DNA of 64,000 bases from Eledone cirrhosa (Eukaryota). The notes beneath the pieces are model-generated. The model worked only from the letters and a program-made list of their open reading frames with translations, had not been told where the DNA came from and did no database searches. The translations under genes were made by a program, and so were the position numbers. Position 1 is the first letter of the stretch; each line of letters opens with the position of its first letter. Shown here one piece after another: positions 1-13,508 of this stretch. The stretch spans positions 41,044,001 to 41,108,000 of the forward strand of contig OZ024757.1 in assembly GCA_964016885.1 (NCBI GenBank), in the 5' to 3' direction.

Positions 1-431
1 AGGGTGGGTGGGGGTTGAGTCGTTACGTCAGACTGATTTCCTTGAAATTGTAACTATGTATTAGTCAGTCTCTTCTTCATACCGTGAGCAAAGAAAATCC
101 AACTTTTTTATGGCCTAGGGCCCACATTAGGTGAAAAACTTCATTTTTTCAGCTTTTTAGGGCTTTTTTCTAGCCGATTTTCCCGAAATTTCAAGGCATA
201 TTATGCATATAAAAAAAATTCATTTTCTTGATACCCTAGGGCCCGCATTATGTGAAACCCTGCATTTTTCCTGCTTCATCGAGGAAAATCTTAAAGATTA
301 TCCAGCCATCAGAGTATTCGGTTTATTTTCTTTACATATTGTCCACGCATGCTGTTTTTCCACGATTAGGTCTGTTGGCGGCCCGCGTTCCAAAATACCT
401 TATCCCATGCAACGCCAGGTACCACTGCTAG
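1..431 (+). mobile_element. Probable non-autonomous Helitron 3' end
   Basis: Imperfect subterminal GC hairpin cccatgcaacgccagg (404-419), then CTAG (428-431) followed by T of a (TA)n tract; internal imperfect repeat at 115-149 and 236-269. Confidence 0.55.
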
Positions 432-762
<331 letters not shown>

Positions 763-1444
763 GAAAAAATAAGTAAGTTTTCACTTTATGTTGGTAAATT
801 AGTATTTGTGTAGAATGAATATATAAATAATAGTGAACGAACAGCTTACCAGATATTTGTTCTCATTGGGGTTAATGGGGTTATGTAATATAAAGGAAAT
901 ATATGTAAAACCACCACAAAAAACAGAATATGGAGGAAAAATAGAAGTCCACTCACCCACCCTCCCCTACCAAAAAACCAATATGCAGGAAAGAAGTGTT
1001 AAAAAAATTAAAAGAAAATCAATGAAGGAAGAGTTATGTTGCTTAAAAGCTGTGATTCATTGCATTTCTCTTTGTAGGATCATTATTTAGAGAGAGAAAG
1101 AGAGAGGGGGAGATAGAGAGAGAGAGAGAGAGAGACATCATTATGTAGAGAGAGAGAGGGGGTATAGAGAGATCATTATTTAGAGAGAGATAATTATGTA
1201 GAGAGAGAGGGGACGGAGAGATCATTATGTAGGGAGAGCGGAGAGAGATTTAGCTATATAGAGGATGACAGAGTGATCATTATATAAGGAGAGAGTGAAA
1301 GAGATCATTAGAAAGAGAGAGAGGGGGGAGAGGGGGGGGGGAGATTTATCAATGACAACTGACTAAAAGGAGATAACACTAGAGTTCACCAAGACAATCT
1401 GTTAAACATTTGTACACATCAAGACAATGCAATAATAATAATAA

Positions 1445-1515
<71 letters not shown>

Positions 1516-1627
1516 ATAGTAATGTTTTATAAAGCGGTCAAAAAACGTTAGATCCAATTATTTATCTTGTGTATGTATAGGTATGTATACATATATGTAT
1601 ATAAATATATATATAGAGAGAGAGAGG

Positions 1628-1810
1628 GATGAGATTCTACAGGACTAGAACTGTTTCATTCTTTAGAAATCATCAGGGATTCCTGATGATTTCTAAAGAA
1701 TGAAACAGTTCTAGTCCTGTAGAATCTCATCTATATTAAAACTGTTATACTCTGCTATGTATTGAGTACCTTACTTACTGGGGTTACCTCTGATTCAACC
1801 CGGAATAACG
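1628..1810 (+). mobile_element. Penelope-like/retrozyme island (family A), fold-back with HHR core on both strands
   Basis: Perfect 50-bp inverted repeat 1628-1677/1682-1731; CTGATGA 1683-1689, short stem II ttc-taaa-gaa, GAAA 1702-1705, GTC 1714-1716; ttgagtac 1762-1769; microsatellite flanks. The canonical 5' strand of stem I is missing. Confidence 0.7.
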
Positions 1811-1843
<33 letters not shown>

Positions 1844-1847
1844 ATAC

Positions 1848-1923
<76 letters not shown>

Positions 1924-1940
1924 ACATATACATATATATG

Positions 1941-1975
<35 letters not shown>

Positions 1976-2145
1976 GTATATATATATGTATATATATATG
2001 TGTGTGTGTGTGTATATGTATATGTATGTATATGTATATAATGTATATAAGTGTGTGTGTGCTTATACAATATATATATATATATATACATATATATAAA
2101 TATATACATACATATATATATATATATATACATGCACACACACAC

Positions 2146-2176
<31 letters not shown>

Positions 2177-2187
2177 CATCCACACAG

Positions 2188-2222
<35 letters not shown>

Positions 2223-2889
2223 GTTGGTTGTAGAAGCTAGAGAAGACAAATGAACTCCAATGTGAACCTATTTCAACCTTCAACTCTGCTTAATCAATAA
2301 ATGATGGAGAACTTTCTGGAAAGAAAATAGAGCAAGAGTGTGTGTGGGAGGGAGGGGGAGCTCATAAACATTAATAACAAGGTTGAATATAATATTGGCC
2401 ACAATTGATGACTTTCTCTGGGTGTGTGGCTGTCTTTGTGTGTGTGTGAGAGAGAGAATGTGTGTGTCATGGTCTGTGTGTGTGTGTGAGAATGAGTGTC
2501 CCGCTGTGTCTATGTGTGTGTGAGTGTGTGTGAGAGAGATAGAGTGTATGTGTTAATGCGTGTGTGAGAAAGAGTGTGTGTTTACATATGTGAGAGTGAG
2601 AGAGTGTGTGTGTATGAAGAGAGAGAATGTGTGTGCGTCAGTGAGACTGAGAAAGTGTGTGTGTGTGTGTATGAAAGTAAGAGTATGTGTGTGTGCGAGA
2701 GAGAATGTGTGTGAGAGTGTGAGAGTGTTTGTGCATCTGGAAGAGAGAGTATGTGTGCATGTATGAGAGTGAGAGAGTGTGTGTATAAGAGAGAGTGTGT
2801 GTGTGTGTGTATGAGAATGTGTGTGTGTGTGTGTGTAGAAGGAGCAACGTGAAATAAAGTGTCTTGCTGAAGGACATAATGCATCAGCC

Positions 2890-3600
2890 ACACACCTTCA
2901 CAAACACACCCAAACATCCCGAAAAACACACACACACACACACCAAACACCACCCAAACACCCAAACACTCCCACCAACACCCACAAAACACCCACCAAA
3001 CACCAGCCAAACACCCAAACACTCCCACCAACTCCCACAAAACACACACCAAACACCACCCAAACACCCAAACACTCCCACCAACACCCACAAAACACAC
3101 ACCAAACACCACCCAAACACTCCCACCAACACCCACAAAACACACACCAAACACCACCCAAACACCCAAAGACTCCCACAAACACCCACAAAACACACAC
3201 CAAACACCACCCTAACAAACACACTCAAACCAAACACCAGCCAAACACCACCCTAACACCTCCCAAACACCACCCTAACAAACACACTCACACCAAACAC
3301 CAGCCAAACACCACCCTCACAAACACACTCACACCAAACACCAGCCAAACCCACCCTAACACTTCCCAAACACCACCCTAACAAACACACTCACACCAAC
3401 CACCAGCCAAACAACACCCTAACAAACACACCCACACCAAACACCGCCAAACACCTCCCAAACACCACCCTAACAAACACACCCACACCAAACACCACCC
3501 AAACACCTCCCAAACACCACCCTAACAAACACACACACCAAACACTACCATAACAAACACATCCACACCAAACACCAGCCAAACAAACACACACACACAC
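2890..3600. repeat. C/A-rich degenerate minisatellite
   Basis: Repeated caaacaccacccaaacac-type units. Confidence 0.85.
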
Positions 3601-4152
3601 ACACTCACATACACCCAAAAAAAAAAAATAAACCAAACAATTTATAATACATATAAAGACACAACCTGTTTTATTAGACATCAACAGGGTGAATAAACGT
3701 AAAACTGGAAGAATTCTTTAAAGACATTTAACAAAAGAACTTAATTCGAATTATGGAGGACATTATTGGAGTGGTGACATAAGCAACATCCTTAAAAATT
3801 GATAAGAGAACAAAGGAGACAAACAAAGATAAATGTAGGCAAAGGAAAAGAGGAATGTAATGAAGAGAAAAGATAGAACAGAGGGGGAGAAGGTGGTGAC
3901 GGGAGGGGGGTGGAAAGAGAGAAAAAAATTTCTTATAAAAACTAGAATGTGTTTATGAAATGTTGATGTTGTTGTATGTGTATGTGTGTGTAGTGTGTGT
4001 GTAGTGTGTAGTATGTGTGTGTAGTCTGTGTGTGTGTAGTGTGTGTGTGTAGTGTGTATGTGTAGTCTGTGTATGTGTGTGTTGTGTGTGTGTAGTGTGT
4101 GTGTGGTTTAATAAAGGAATTATGATAATGATAATTATAATAATAATAAGAA

Positions 4153-4187
<35 letters not shown>

Positions 4188-4319
4188 AGAAGAAGAAGAA
4201 GAAGAAGAAGAAGAAGAACGCAAAGAAGAAGAAAAAGAAGAAGAAGAAGAAAAAGTAAAAGAAGAAGAAAAATTAAAAGAAAAAGTAAAATAAAAAGAAA
4301 AAGAAAAAGAAGAAGAATT

Positions 4320-4505
4320 AAATCCCAGTGGAAAAAAGACACAGTAGAGGAAGACTATGAAAAACGTGGGTGGAGGTGGTGAGAGCTGACCTCAGAACAC
4401 GGAAGCTCACGGAGGAGATGACGAAGGACCCTGACAAGTGGAGAGAGGCTGTGCTGAATAGGACCTGTAAGCAGGGAAAAGCGGATGTATCATCATCATC
4501 ATCGG
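4320..4505 (+). mobile_element. RTE-like LINE 3' fragment (GAT-tailed family)
   Basis: Homologous to 5095-5430; degenerate IPVE...KTWVEVVRADLR. Confidence 0.75.
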
Positions 4506-4575
4506 ACAGCCTCCAAAAGTAATGGTTGTATTTTAAAGGGTACGTCAAACCTATTTGTAAAACTGTTATATATTG

Positions 4576-4640
4576 TATTTTGTCTGATGAAGGCATACCA
4601 TAATTTAATGTGGTATCCCTGAAATATGTATAATGAAATA
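4576..4640 (+). ncRNA. Type-I minimal hammerhead ribozyme (family B)
   Basis: Stem I tattttgt/atgaaata; CTGATGA 4584-4590; stem II agg-c-atacca/tggtat-c-cct; GAAA 4621-4624; stem III atatgtat; predicted AUA cleavage. Lies in island ~4515-4770 ending in (TA)n. Confidence 0.8.
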
Positions 4641-4768
4641 AATATGGTTTTATAAATATAGTTTCCATTTATTAATATCGTATTTTTACTCCAAAAATTT
4701 GTCGAGTGCTTTATATCAGTTATAAAAATATTTACTTGTTGTATCCCAACAATTTTAAATAGAACATT

Positions 4769-4805
<37 letters not shown>

Positions 4806-4868
4806 TCATCATCATTTTACGTCCGCTTATACATATTTTTATATATATGTACAAATATATATATATAT

Positions 4869-5073
4869 CCCTTTAGCATTTATGTTACTCTATATATACT
4901 ATTGTATTTTCATGGTAAAGGCTTTATCTCATATAATATGGAATCTATGAGATTTTGATATTATTTATTTTGATAACAATACCTTAACATCAGTATGAGT
5001 GGGCCCGTTACGGCCACTCATGCTAATGAACAGAAAAAAGTGAGAGAATTCAGCCGGTTTACATGCTAGAGGG
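4869..5073. mobile_element. TTAA-type (piggyBac-like) MITE, family E
   Basis: TIR ccctttagcattta / tacatgctagaggg, right-side TTAA; homologous to 13303-13508. Confidence 0.7.
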
Positions 5074-5094
5074 TTAAATATATATATATATAAT

Positions 5095-5430
5095 GACCAA
5101 GCATAGATGAGTTGAGAGAGGAACTGTGTATAAAGAGGGATAAGTTGTAGTGTGCAGGAGAGAAGACTGAGATGGTATGGATATGTAATGCGCATGGAGG
5201 ATAACCACTGGGTAAAGAAGTGGCAAGAAATCCCAGTAGAAGGAAGACTCAGTAGAGGAAGACGACGAAAAACATGGGCGGAAGTGGTGAGAGCAGACCT
5301 CAGATTACTGAAGCTCACAGACGAGATGACGACGGACTGTGACAAGTGGAGGGATGCTGTGCTGAATAAGACCCATCCCACCCTCGCAAGCAGGGAAATG
5401 CAGATGTAAAATGATGATGATGATGATATA
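5095..5430 (+). mobile_element. RTE-like LINE ORF C-terminus with (GAT)n tail
   Basis: ORF 5152-5409 RRLRWYGYVMRMED...EGRLSRGRRRKTWAEVV matches the typical RTE C-terminal RW.GHV.RM...RGRP..W pattern; ends in gatgatgat. Confidence 0.85.
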
Positions 5431-5784
5431 TAGCCGTTGGATATCCTACATACACAGATCTAAATCTACTAATATTTTGGTAATAAAATCAATGTTACTG
5501 GTCTGGGAATATTTTCTTCTGTTTATACAACCTTAATTTGAAACTAACTAAACAAATATATAAATCAATAAAATATTAAAATATGACCAAAAATAAAATA
5601 AAACAAAATAAAATTAAAACAAAATGAAATAAAAATAAAATAGAATAAAATAAAATAAAATGAAATAAAAACAAAAATGTATGAATAAAACATGGTTTTG
5701 TTTTCAAATTTTCCATCAAAGTTTATAGTTGTAATTATTAAATGAGACTCCCAAAACAAAAGAGTGCTTCGTTATATTTCATTT

Positions 5785-6320
5785 GTGTTGTTGTTGTTGT
5801 TGAGGTTGTTGTGGTGGTTGTTGCAGTTGTTGTTGGTGCTGTTGCTGTTGTTGATGTTTTTGATGAGGTGGTTCTTGATGTTGTTGCTGTTGCTGTTCTT
5901 GATGTTGTTGTTGATGTTGCTGTTCTTGATGTTGTTATTGCTGTTGCTGTTTTTGATGTTGTTGTTGATGTTGCTGTTCTTGATGTTGTTGTTGATGTTG
6001 CTGTTTTTGATGTTGTTGTTGCTGTTGCTGTTCTTGATGTTGTTGTTGCTGTTGCTGTTCTTGATGTTGTTGTTAAGGTTGTTTTTGGTGATTTTTGTCA
6101 TGGCTGTTGTTGCAGTTGTTATTATTGATGCTGTTGTTGTTGTTGAGGTTGTTTTTGTTGCGGTTGTTGATGTTCTTGCTATGTAGTTGATGCTGTTGTT
6201 GTGGTTTGAAGTTGTTTTTGAGGTTGCTGTTGCTATTGTAGTTGTTTCTGTTGTTGTTGCTGTTGTTGCTGCTGTTGTTTTTGTTGCTGTTGTTGCTGCT
6301 GTTGTTGTTGTTGATGTTTT
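5785..6320. repeat. (GTT/GCT/GAT)n degenerate trinucleotide array
   Basis: Directly visible, with a 27-bp higher-order period. Confidence 0.9.
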
Positions 6321-6529
6321 AATTAAACAAATGAAGACAAAACTATCGATTTCAGTTTCCTCTAAATAGTTATTTTAGTAAAACAAGACAACGAAACATT
6401 GATGAGCTGGGTAATTTGGATGCAATCAGATCAGTGTTAATGGCGTTTTGTTTCACAGGATTTCTCTGGAAAACCATTATGAATACAAAGTAATTGGACG
6501 AGTTTACTCTACACACAGGCACAGCAATA

Positions 6530-7145
6530 CTTGTACATGCAGATATACCCCCACACATCGACTGTACCAGCACAGATATAGCCACACACATACACAGATA
6601 TAACCACACACATACACAGATATAACCACACACAGACATATACCAGTACAGACATAATCCCACATAGAGACACACCAGCACAGGTACACAGATATACAGG
6701 CACACACAGATATACACACACAGACACACGCCAGCACAGATTTGACCATACACAGACACACACATATGCCCAATCACAGATACACAGATACACAGGCGCA
6801 CACAGATATACACACAAACACAGATATACCCACACCCAGACACAGATACACCGACACACAGACACAGACACACACACCAGACACACACACCAGACACACA
6901 CACCAGACACAGATATACCCACACATAGACACACACCAGCACAGAAATATCCACACACAGATTCACAGATAGACAGGCACACAGATATACCCACACACAA
7001 ACATATACCAGCACAGATATACCCACACACAGACACACATACAGAGATATACACACACAGAGGCACAGATAAACATATACCAGCACAGATATACCCACAT
7101 ACAGACACACACCAACACAGTTATACACATACACACACACACACA
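6530..7145. repeat. CA-rich minisatellite
   Basis: Repeated cacagatatacccacacac/accagcacag units. Confidence 0.85.
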
Positions 7146-7172
7146 TAAAAACAGATATATTACCATATCATT

Positions 7173-7363
7173 TAATTGTTTCTACTTTTGGCACAAGGCC
7201 AGCAATTATCTCAGTGAATTACTGGTACTTTATTTTATCGCACCCGTAAGGATGAAAGGCAACGTTAACCTCAGCGGGATTTGAACTCAGATCATAAAGG
7301 GCCATAACTCTATGCTGTAAAGCATGGTGTCTGACGCTCTACCGATGCTGTCAATCCACTGCC
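7173..7363 (-). mobile_element. tRNA-derived SINE (MetaSINE-like core), full length
   Basis: Reverse complement of A box tggattgacagcatcgg, B box gagttcaaatccc and core gcctttcatccttacggg...gataaaataaagtaccag; about 20 copies in the window. Confidence 0.85.
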
Positions 7364-7772
7364 CTTCATATAATATAATGTTATTTTATGCTGTAACATG
7401 TAAATAGATTGGTACTTTGGTAGAGTTGTTGGTGTGTTGTAATAAATAATTGTTTCAACATTTGGCACAAGACTAGCTATTACCCCAGTGTATTACTGGC
7501 ACTTTATTTTATCGACCCCATTAGGTTACCTCCTTACCATGCTGTGAGCTCATCCAGTGTGAAGATGTTTCTTGAAAACATCCATGTCCATAACATGCAG
7601 ATCTCTCAAAATTTCTTTGCAGCTTGTTGAAGAGTTGAGGTACTTTGAACCCCAGGCTATTGTAATATCTGCTCCTTATATATATTATATATATATATAT
7701 ATAGAGAGAGAGAGAAATGGTCGCATTCTTTAAGGGTATGTCAATATTTATTTATAAAACTGCTCTATATTA

Positions 7773-7837
7773 TATTTTATCTGATGAAAGCACACCATAA
7801 TTTAACTTGGTGTCCTTGAAATATGTATAATGAAATA
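7773..7837 (+). ncRNA. Type-I minimal hammerhead ribozyme (family B)
   Basis: Stem I tattttat/atgaaata; CTGATGA 7781-7787; stem II aag-c-acacca/tggtgt-c-ctt; GAAA 7818-7821; AUA site. Island ~7715-7960 with ttgagtgc at 7891 and microsatellite flanks. Confidence 0.82.
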
Positions 7838-7955
7838 AATATGGTTTTATAAATATAGTTTCCATATAGTATTTTTACTCCAATAATTTGTTGAGTGCTT
7901 TATATCAGTTATAAACATATTTGCTTGTTGTATCCCAACAATTTAAATAGAACTT

Positions 7956-8013
<58 letters not shown>

Positions 8014-8599
8014 GTGACATACGGTCAATAAGTGAAGCAAAAACACCAACACAGTACTACTACTACCACCACCACACACCACCACGTCCACCACTACTAC
8101 TACTACCATTACCCACATCATGTATTGTTCCTCACTCCCATTCTTTAAAATTTGGTAGTCACAGCAACAGAGATAGCAACTCTTTGACAAAATGCCAAAT
8201 CACCAACAAATTTTGTCAGTTCAATAATTATTTCATTCTAATTAAATCCCTCTCCCCACCCCACCCCTACCCACCCAAAAAGGAGAGAAAAATATGTAAC
8301 AATGCTAAAATGTGAAGAGTAGGAAATGTTTCGGTTGTAGTTGAGGTTACAGTGTTACACTGATAAGGTAGTAGTGGAGCTGGTACTGTATTAATTAATA
8401 TAGGAGCTGGCAAATTGGCAGAGTCTTTAGAACATCTGATCAGCAATAAGTCTATTTAAATATGCAAATGATATGCATGATGATTTTGGTCAACAACGGC
8501 TCCACCAGCTGCAGGTCTTTATTTTTTTTCTCTTTCTTTTCTGAAGTGAAGAAAAAAAAATGGAATATAAACTGCCAAATTGAGGTTCCTCCAAAGGGT

Positions 8600-9460
8600 T
8601 TTAGAGTAATATTACTTAACAGAGTGTGTAGGTTAGAGATTAAAGAGTCACTCCAGATAGAGCCGCTACTTCTCTGAATTGAGAGATCACAGCTCTGATA
8701 CTACAGAGATGTGGTTAGAATGTCTGAGGAGAGAATCTCTGAATTGAGGGATCACAGCTCTGATACTATGGACATGTGGTTAGAATGTCTGAGGAGAGAA
8801 TCTCTGAATTGAGGGATCACAGCTCTGATACTACAGAGATGTGGTTAGAATGTCTGAGGAGAGAATCTCTGAATTGAGGGATCACAGCTCTGATACTACA
8901 GAGATGTGGTTAGAATGTCTGAGGAGAGAATCTCTGAATTGAGGGATCACAGCTCTGATACTATGGACATGTGGTTAGAATGTCTGAGGAGAGAATCTCT
9001 GAATTGAGGGATCACAGCTCTGATACTACAGAGATGTGGTTAGAATGTCTGAGGAGAGAATCTCTGAATTGAGGGATCACAGCTCTGATACTATGGACAT
9101 GTGGTTAGAATGTCTGAGGAAAGAATTGCTGAATTGACAGATCACAGCTCCAATACTATGGATGAGTGGTTAGAATGTCCCAGGAAAGAATCGCTGGACA
9201 GATTTTACAGGCAAAACCAACCGGCAGGTGACCCAGGGATAGACCCCGAGCAAGATGTTTGGATAACATCCATGAGATTGGCCGGTTTCGCTTGGGGAAT
9301 CCAGCCAGATCAGTTGGAGTCGGTTGCTTCTGACAGGACCTGCTGGAAGGAGTGTTTGAGGACTCTGCCCCCATGACCCTCTCAGGAATAAGTGGGCAAA
9401 GAAGAAGAAAAAGAAGAAGAAGAAAAAGAAGAAGAAGAAGAAGAAGAAGAAGAAGAATAA
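8600..9460 (+). mobile_element. RTE-like LINE 3' fragment (GAA-tailed family) containing a tandem array
   Basis: Degenerate SQL.YYGHVVRMS.ER...AKPTGR.PRDRPR; (GAA)n tail ~9400-9457; reverse homologues at 49510-49815 and 14900-15025. Confidence 0.75.
8671..9185. repeat. 65-bp minisatellite, about 8 copies
   Basis: Unit starts at 8671, 8736, 8801, 8866, 8931, 8996, 9061. Confidence 0.95.
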
Positions 9461-10406
9461 GAGAGATCACCACCACTCCACCCACCCACAATCTATGTAT
9501 TTCAGTGTTATTACATATCCTTTATACATCTCACATTATTGCTCCAATAGCTACACACAAGTTTATGCTTCACTGATGAGGTGTAAATAACAACATGAAC
9601 CTAAAAACTTCACCGCACCTGAATTGTCTTAAATTTACTGAAATAATTACTGTTATATAAAATATAGAATTTTCTGCATATTTTTTTTTTTTAGCATCAT
9701 TTCGTTTTTTGCTACTTTTTTTGAGTTTGTTTCGTTATTTTCCTGCTATTTTTTTTTCCTGGTGTTTTTTTTTTTTAAGCTTTGTTTCGTTTTTTCCTGC
9801 TAGTTTATTTTTTTTTTTTTTGGTTTCCTGCAGTTTTTCTTTTAGTTTTGTTTCGTTTTTTCTTAGTATATATATATATATATATTTTTTTTTTTTGGGG
9901 GGGGGGGAGGTCCTGCTGTTTTTTTTTTAGCTCCATCTCGTTTTTTCCGCCTGTGTTTTTTTATTTCGTTTCGTTTATTCTTGCTGTGTTTTTTTAACTT
10001 CGATTCGTATTTTCCTGTTATGTTTTTTTATTAGTATCGTTTCGTTTTTTTTCCTTCGTTTTTAGTTTCGTTTCGTTTTTTCCTGGTCTATTTTTTTGTT
10101 GTATAATAATTATTTGCAGTTAGATTTAATGCCCTCTGCATTAAAGGTTAACACTGAGTTTACTTTTGAGGTTTTTATTTGGGCTGTTTTTTTTTATTTT
10201 AATTTTTGTATGTGTGTGTTTTATGTGTGTGAGTGCATGTGGGTGTATGTGAGTTTATGTGTGTGTATATATGTATGTATGTGTGTATGTGTGCATCTGT
10301 GTGTATATATATGTGTATCTTTATGTGTATGTATGTATATATATATATACATATATATATATATCATCATTCATAAATATATATATAGATATATATATAT
10401 AAATAT

Positions 10407-10445
<39 letters not shown>

Positions 10446-10589
10446 TATATATACATATATATATTATAAATATATACATACATATATAAATACATACATA
10501 TATATATACATACATACATATATAAATACATACATATATATATACATACATATATAAATACATACATATATATATACATACATATATAA

Positions 10590-10673
<84 letters not shown>

Positions 10674-11114
10674 TGTGTATATGTATATTTATTTGTGTGT
10701 ATTTATTTTATTATTTCATGCTAATACCATTATGAAATTATTGGTAGAAAAGCTTTGATGATCAAACATCTCGCAATTGACACACTTTACTGCACAAATG
10801 TGCAATAAAATAAATATTTTCCCACTTATCATCATCATCAGCAGCCACATCATCATATCATACCATCATCATCATCATCATCATCATCACTGCCATGCCC
10901 AAATTATATCATCATCACAACCACCAAAACTACCAGCACCTTCATCATCATCATCACATCATCAATATCATCATCACTATTATCATAATCATCATCATCA
11001 TCATCATCATCATCGTCATTATTAATATTATTGTCACATCATCATCATCATCATCTCATCATTATCATCGTCATTATCATCATCACCCCCACCATCATCA
11101 TCACCATTATCATC

Positions 11115-11146
<32 letters not shown>

Positions 11147-11442
11147 CACCACCAACACCATAATTATCATCATCACCATCATCATCATCATCACTGTATA
11201 TATAATCATTATTCATGTCAGTTGTTGTACCAATGACACAGGTCAACAGTTAACTTAACAGTCATCTCACCAGAGAGACACAAAAACATAAAACAATAAA
11301 ATAATGTCTGCTATTATTTCCAATCACCTTCTTTAGTATTTGGGTCAAAGGTTACCTTTGTTGTTGGTTTACAATAATTCCAGCCAACTCTGCTTCACTA
11401 AAACAACTTTAAACAGGAACGTCACTATATGTAACATACATT

Positions 11443-11875
11443 CTCCAGCCGCAACCTGGTGCAGTCTGTGACTAACCCAGGTTCTGCTGCACGTCGGACT
11501 GAGGAGGCCAAACTCTTCAAATACTGGTCGCTCTCCGACAGGTTTGCGGTTGTACCCTTGACAGTGGAGACTTTGGTGTCCTCGGCCCTAGGGCTATCTC
11601 CCTACTCACCACTATAGGCGCTGAGCTGGCCAGCCGCAGGTGTGAGCCTCGCGAGTTGGAATGGCACTTCCAGCGTGTCTCCCTTGCCGCGCTCCGGGGA
11701 AACACCTTCTCTATTCTGTCCATCGGGGCTGTGGGGAAGCCACCAATATGATTGACTGACTTGTCATTTTATCAGTCAGATGTTTTTAGACATCATCCAC
11801 TGCCACTAGACTGCTATGTATTTTTTAATTGACCCCTATTTCATTGATCACTATTTATCGAATTGCTAAGTTACC
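11443..11875 (+). mobile_element. 5'-truncated CRE/R2-like non-LTR retroelement (REL endonuclease C-terminus, frameshifted)
   Basis: Manual translation PGSAARRTEEAKLFKYWSLSDRFAVVPLTVETL/GVLGPRA...EPRELEWHFQRVSLAALRGNTFSIL, stop at 11749-11751, one frameshift near 11576; flanked by ~50-bp direct repeats. Confidence 0.8.
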
Positions 11876-11995
11876 TGCAACAAACCAGTTCTGCTTCACT
11901 AACACAACTCAGGAACGTCACTATATGTAACATACATTGTTTGTTTCTAGCCATGATATCAAACATAGGATTGACAATATACCATATAATAATAA

Positions 11996-12117
11996 TAATT
12001 GTTTCTACTTTTGGCACAAGGCCAGCAATTACCCAGTGCATTACTGGTACTTTATTTTATCAACCCCATAAGGATGAAAGGCAAAGTTAATCTCGGCGGG
12101 ATTTGAACTCAGATCAT
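11996..12117 (-). mobile_element. tRNA-derived SINE, 5'-truncated
   Basis: Same family as 7173-7363. Confidence 0.85.
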
Positions 12118-13032
12118 ATAATAATAATGAGGGAAGTGAATAGTGTATGGGTCATGTATATCATGACTCATACACTATTCACTTCCTTGACATTTGTATA
12201 TTATTCTATGTACTATACATGCATCTTTGATGAGTTGTAGTGCACCTGAGCACTGTACACAATAATTTCATTATTATTATTATTATTATCTATCTCTCTC
12301 TCCCTATCTCTCACACCTGTGTGTAGCCAACTCTGTGCCAATGGTGGTAAGTAAGGAGTTGGTTCTAGGGCCAAGGACACCAGAAATCTCCCCTGTTACA
12401 GGAAAACAATTGTGAATCCAGTTCACTTACCACTAAATATGTACACCAATGAAATAAAATGTCTTGCTCAAGGAGAGAAATCCCTTCATCCCCTCACATC
12501 ACCCGGTCAGCAATTAAACACACAACCTCACAAGTGTAAATCTATCTCCCCTAACCACTAAACCACTCACATACTTTCATATTTGATGAATAGAACTGAA
12601 ATTATTCAAAACATTTAATGAAAACCAATATATGAAAGAAAGAGAAAATGTGAGAATATCCGTGATTTTAATGAGAGGAGACAGACTCGCCTATCAAATA
12701 TCGCAAATGTTCGTATAGCCGACACCTTTTGAAATCAAATCATAGCATTATTTCTAGAGGGATATAGATTAAACCTGACAAACCCAAGACTTTACCATTA
12801 CTGCCAGGGCTTGATTTAATTGGGGAGGGGGCAATTACCCCAAGCCCCTTGCAGTGTGGGACCACACTCTTGCAATTTATTTGTGCCCTCTGCTGGGCTT
12901 TTAATTTTAGGATGGTTAAAGTTTTTGAATTTAGTGTAAAACCCTACTGTCCCTCTCTATTATATTATTCCCTTTTTGTTGGCCCTTGTGGCAAATAAAA
13001 AGGAATAATAATAATAATTATTATTATTATTA

Positions 13033-13240
13033 GGCAGTGGATTGGCAGTATCGGTAGAGGGTCAGATGACCTGCTTTACAGCAAAGAGTTACGGCCCTTT
13101 ATGGTCTGAGTTCAAATCCCACCGAGGTTAACTTTGACTTTCATCCTTACGGGGTTGATAAAATAAAGTACCAGTAATGCACTGGGGTCAATCTAATTGA
13201 CTTTCCCTTTCCCCAAAAATTGTTGGCCTTGTGCCATTAG
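13033..13240 (+). mobile_element. tRNA-derived SINE, full length
   Basis: A and B boxes plus core. Confidence 0.85.
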
Positions 13241-13302
13241 CAGAGATTAAATGTGTAAGCAAACAATTTCTGCTTTTACATATCAGTTTAGATTATTCTT
13301 AA

Positions 13303-13508
13303 CCCTTTAGCATTTACACTACTCTATATATACTATTGTATTTTTGTGGTAAAGGCTTTATCTCACATAATATTGAATCTATGAGATTTTGATATTGTTT
13401 ATTTTGAACAATACCTTAACATCAGTACGAGCGGCAAGCTACAACCAGTTTAAACAGAAAGAGGTGAGAGAATTCTGGGTGGATATGGCCGGTTTAAATG
13501 CTAAAGGA
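13303..13508. mobile_element. TTAA-type (piggyBac-like) MITE, family E
   Basis: TTAA|ccctttagcattta...taaatgctaaagga|TTAA. Confidence 0.8.

Noticed and set aside
9573-9630. CTGATGA ggtg..cacc tgaattgtc as a hammerhead
   Set aside because: No proper GAAA, no convincing stem I and no (TA)n island context.
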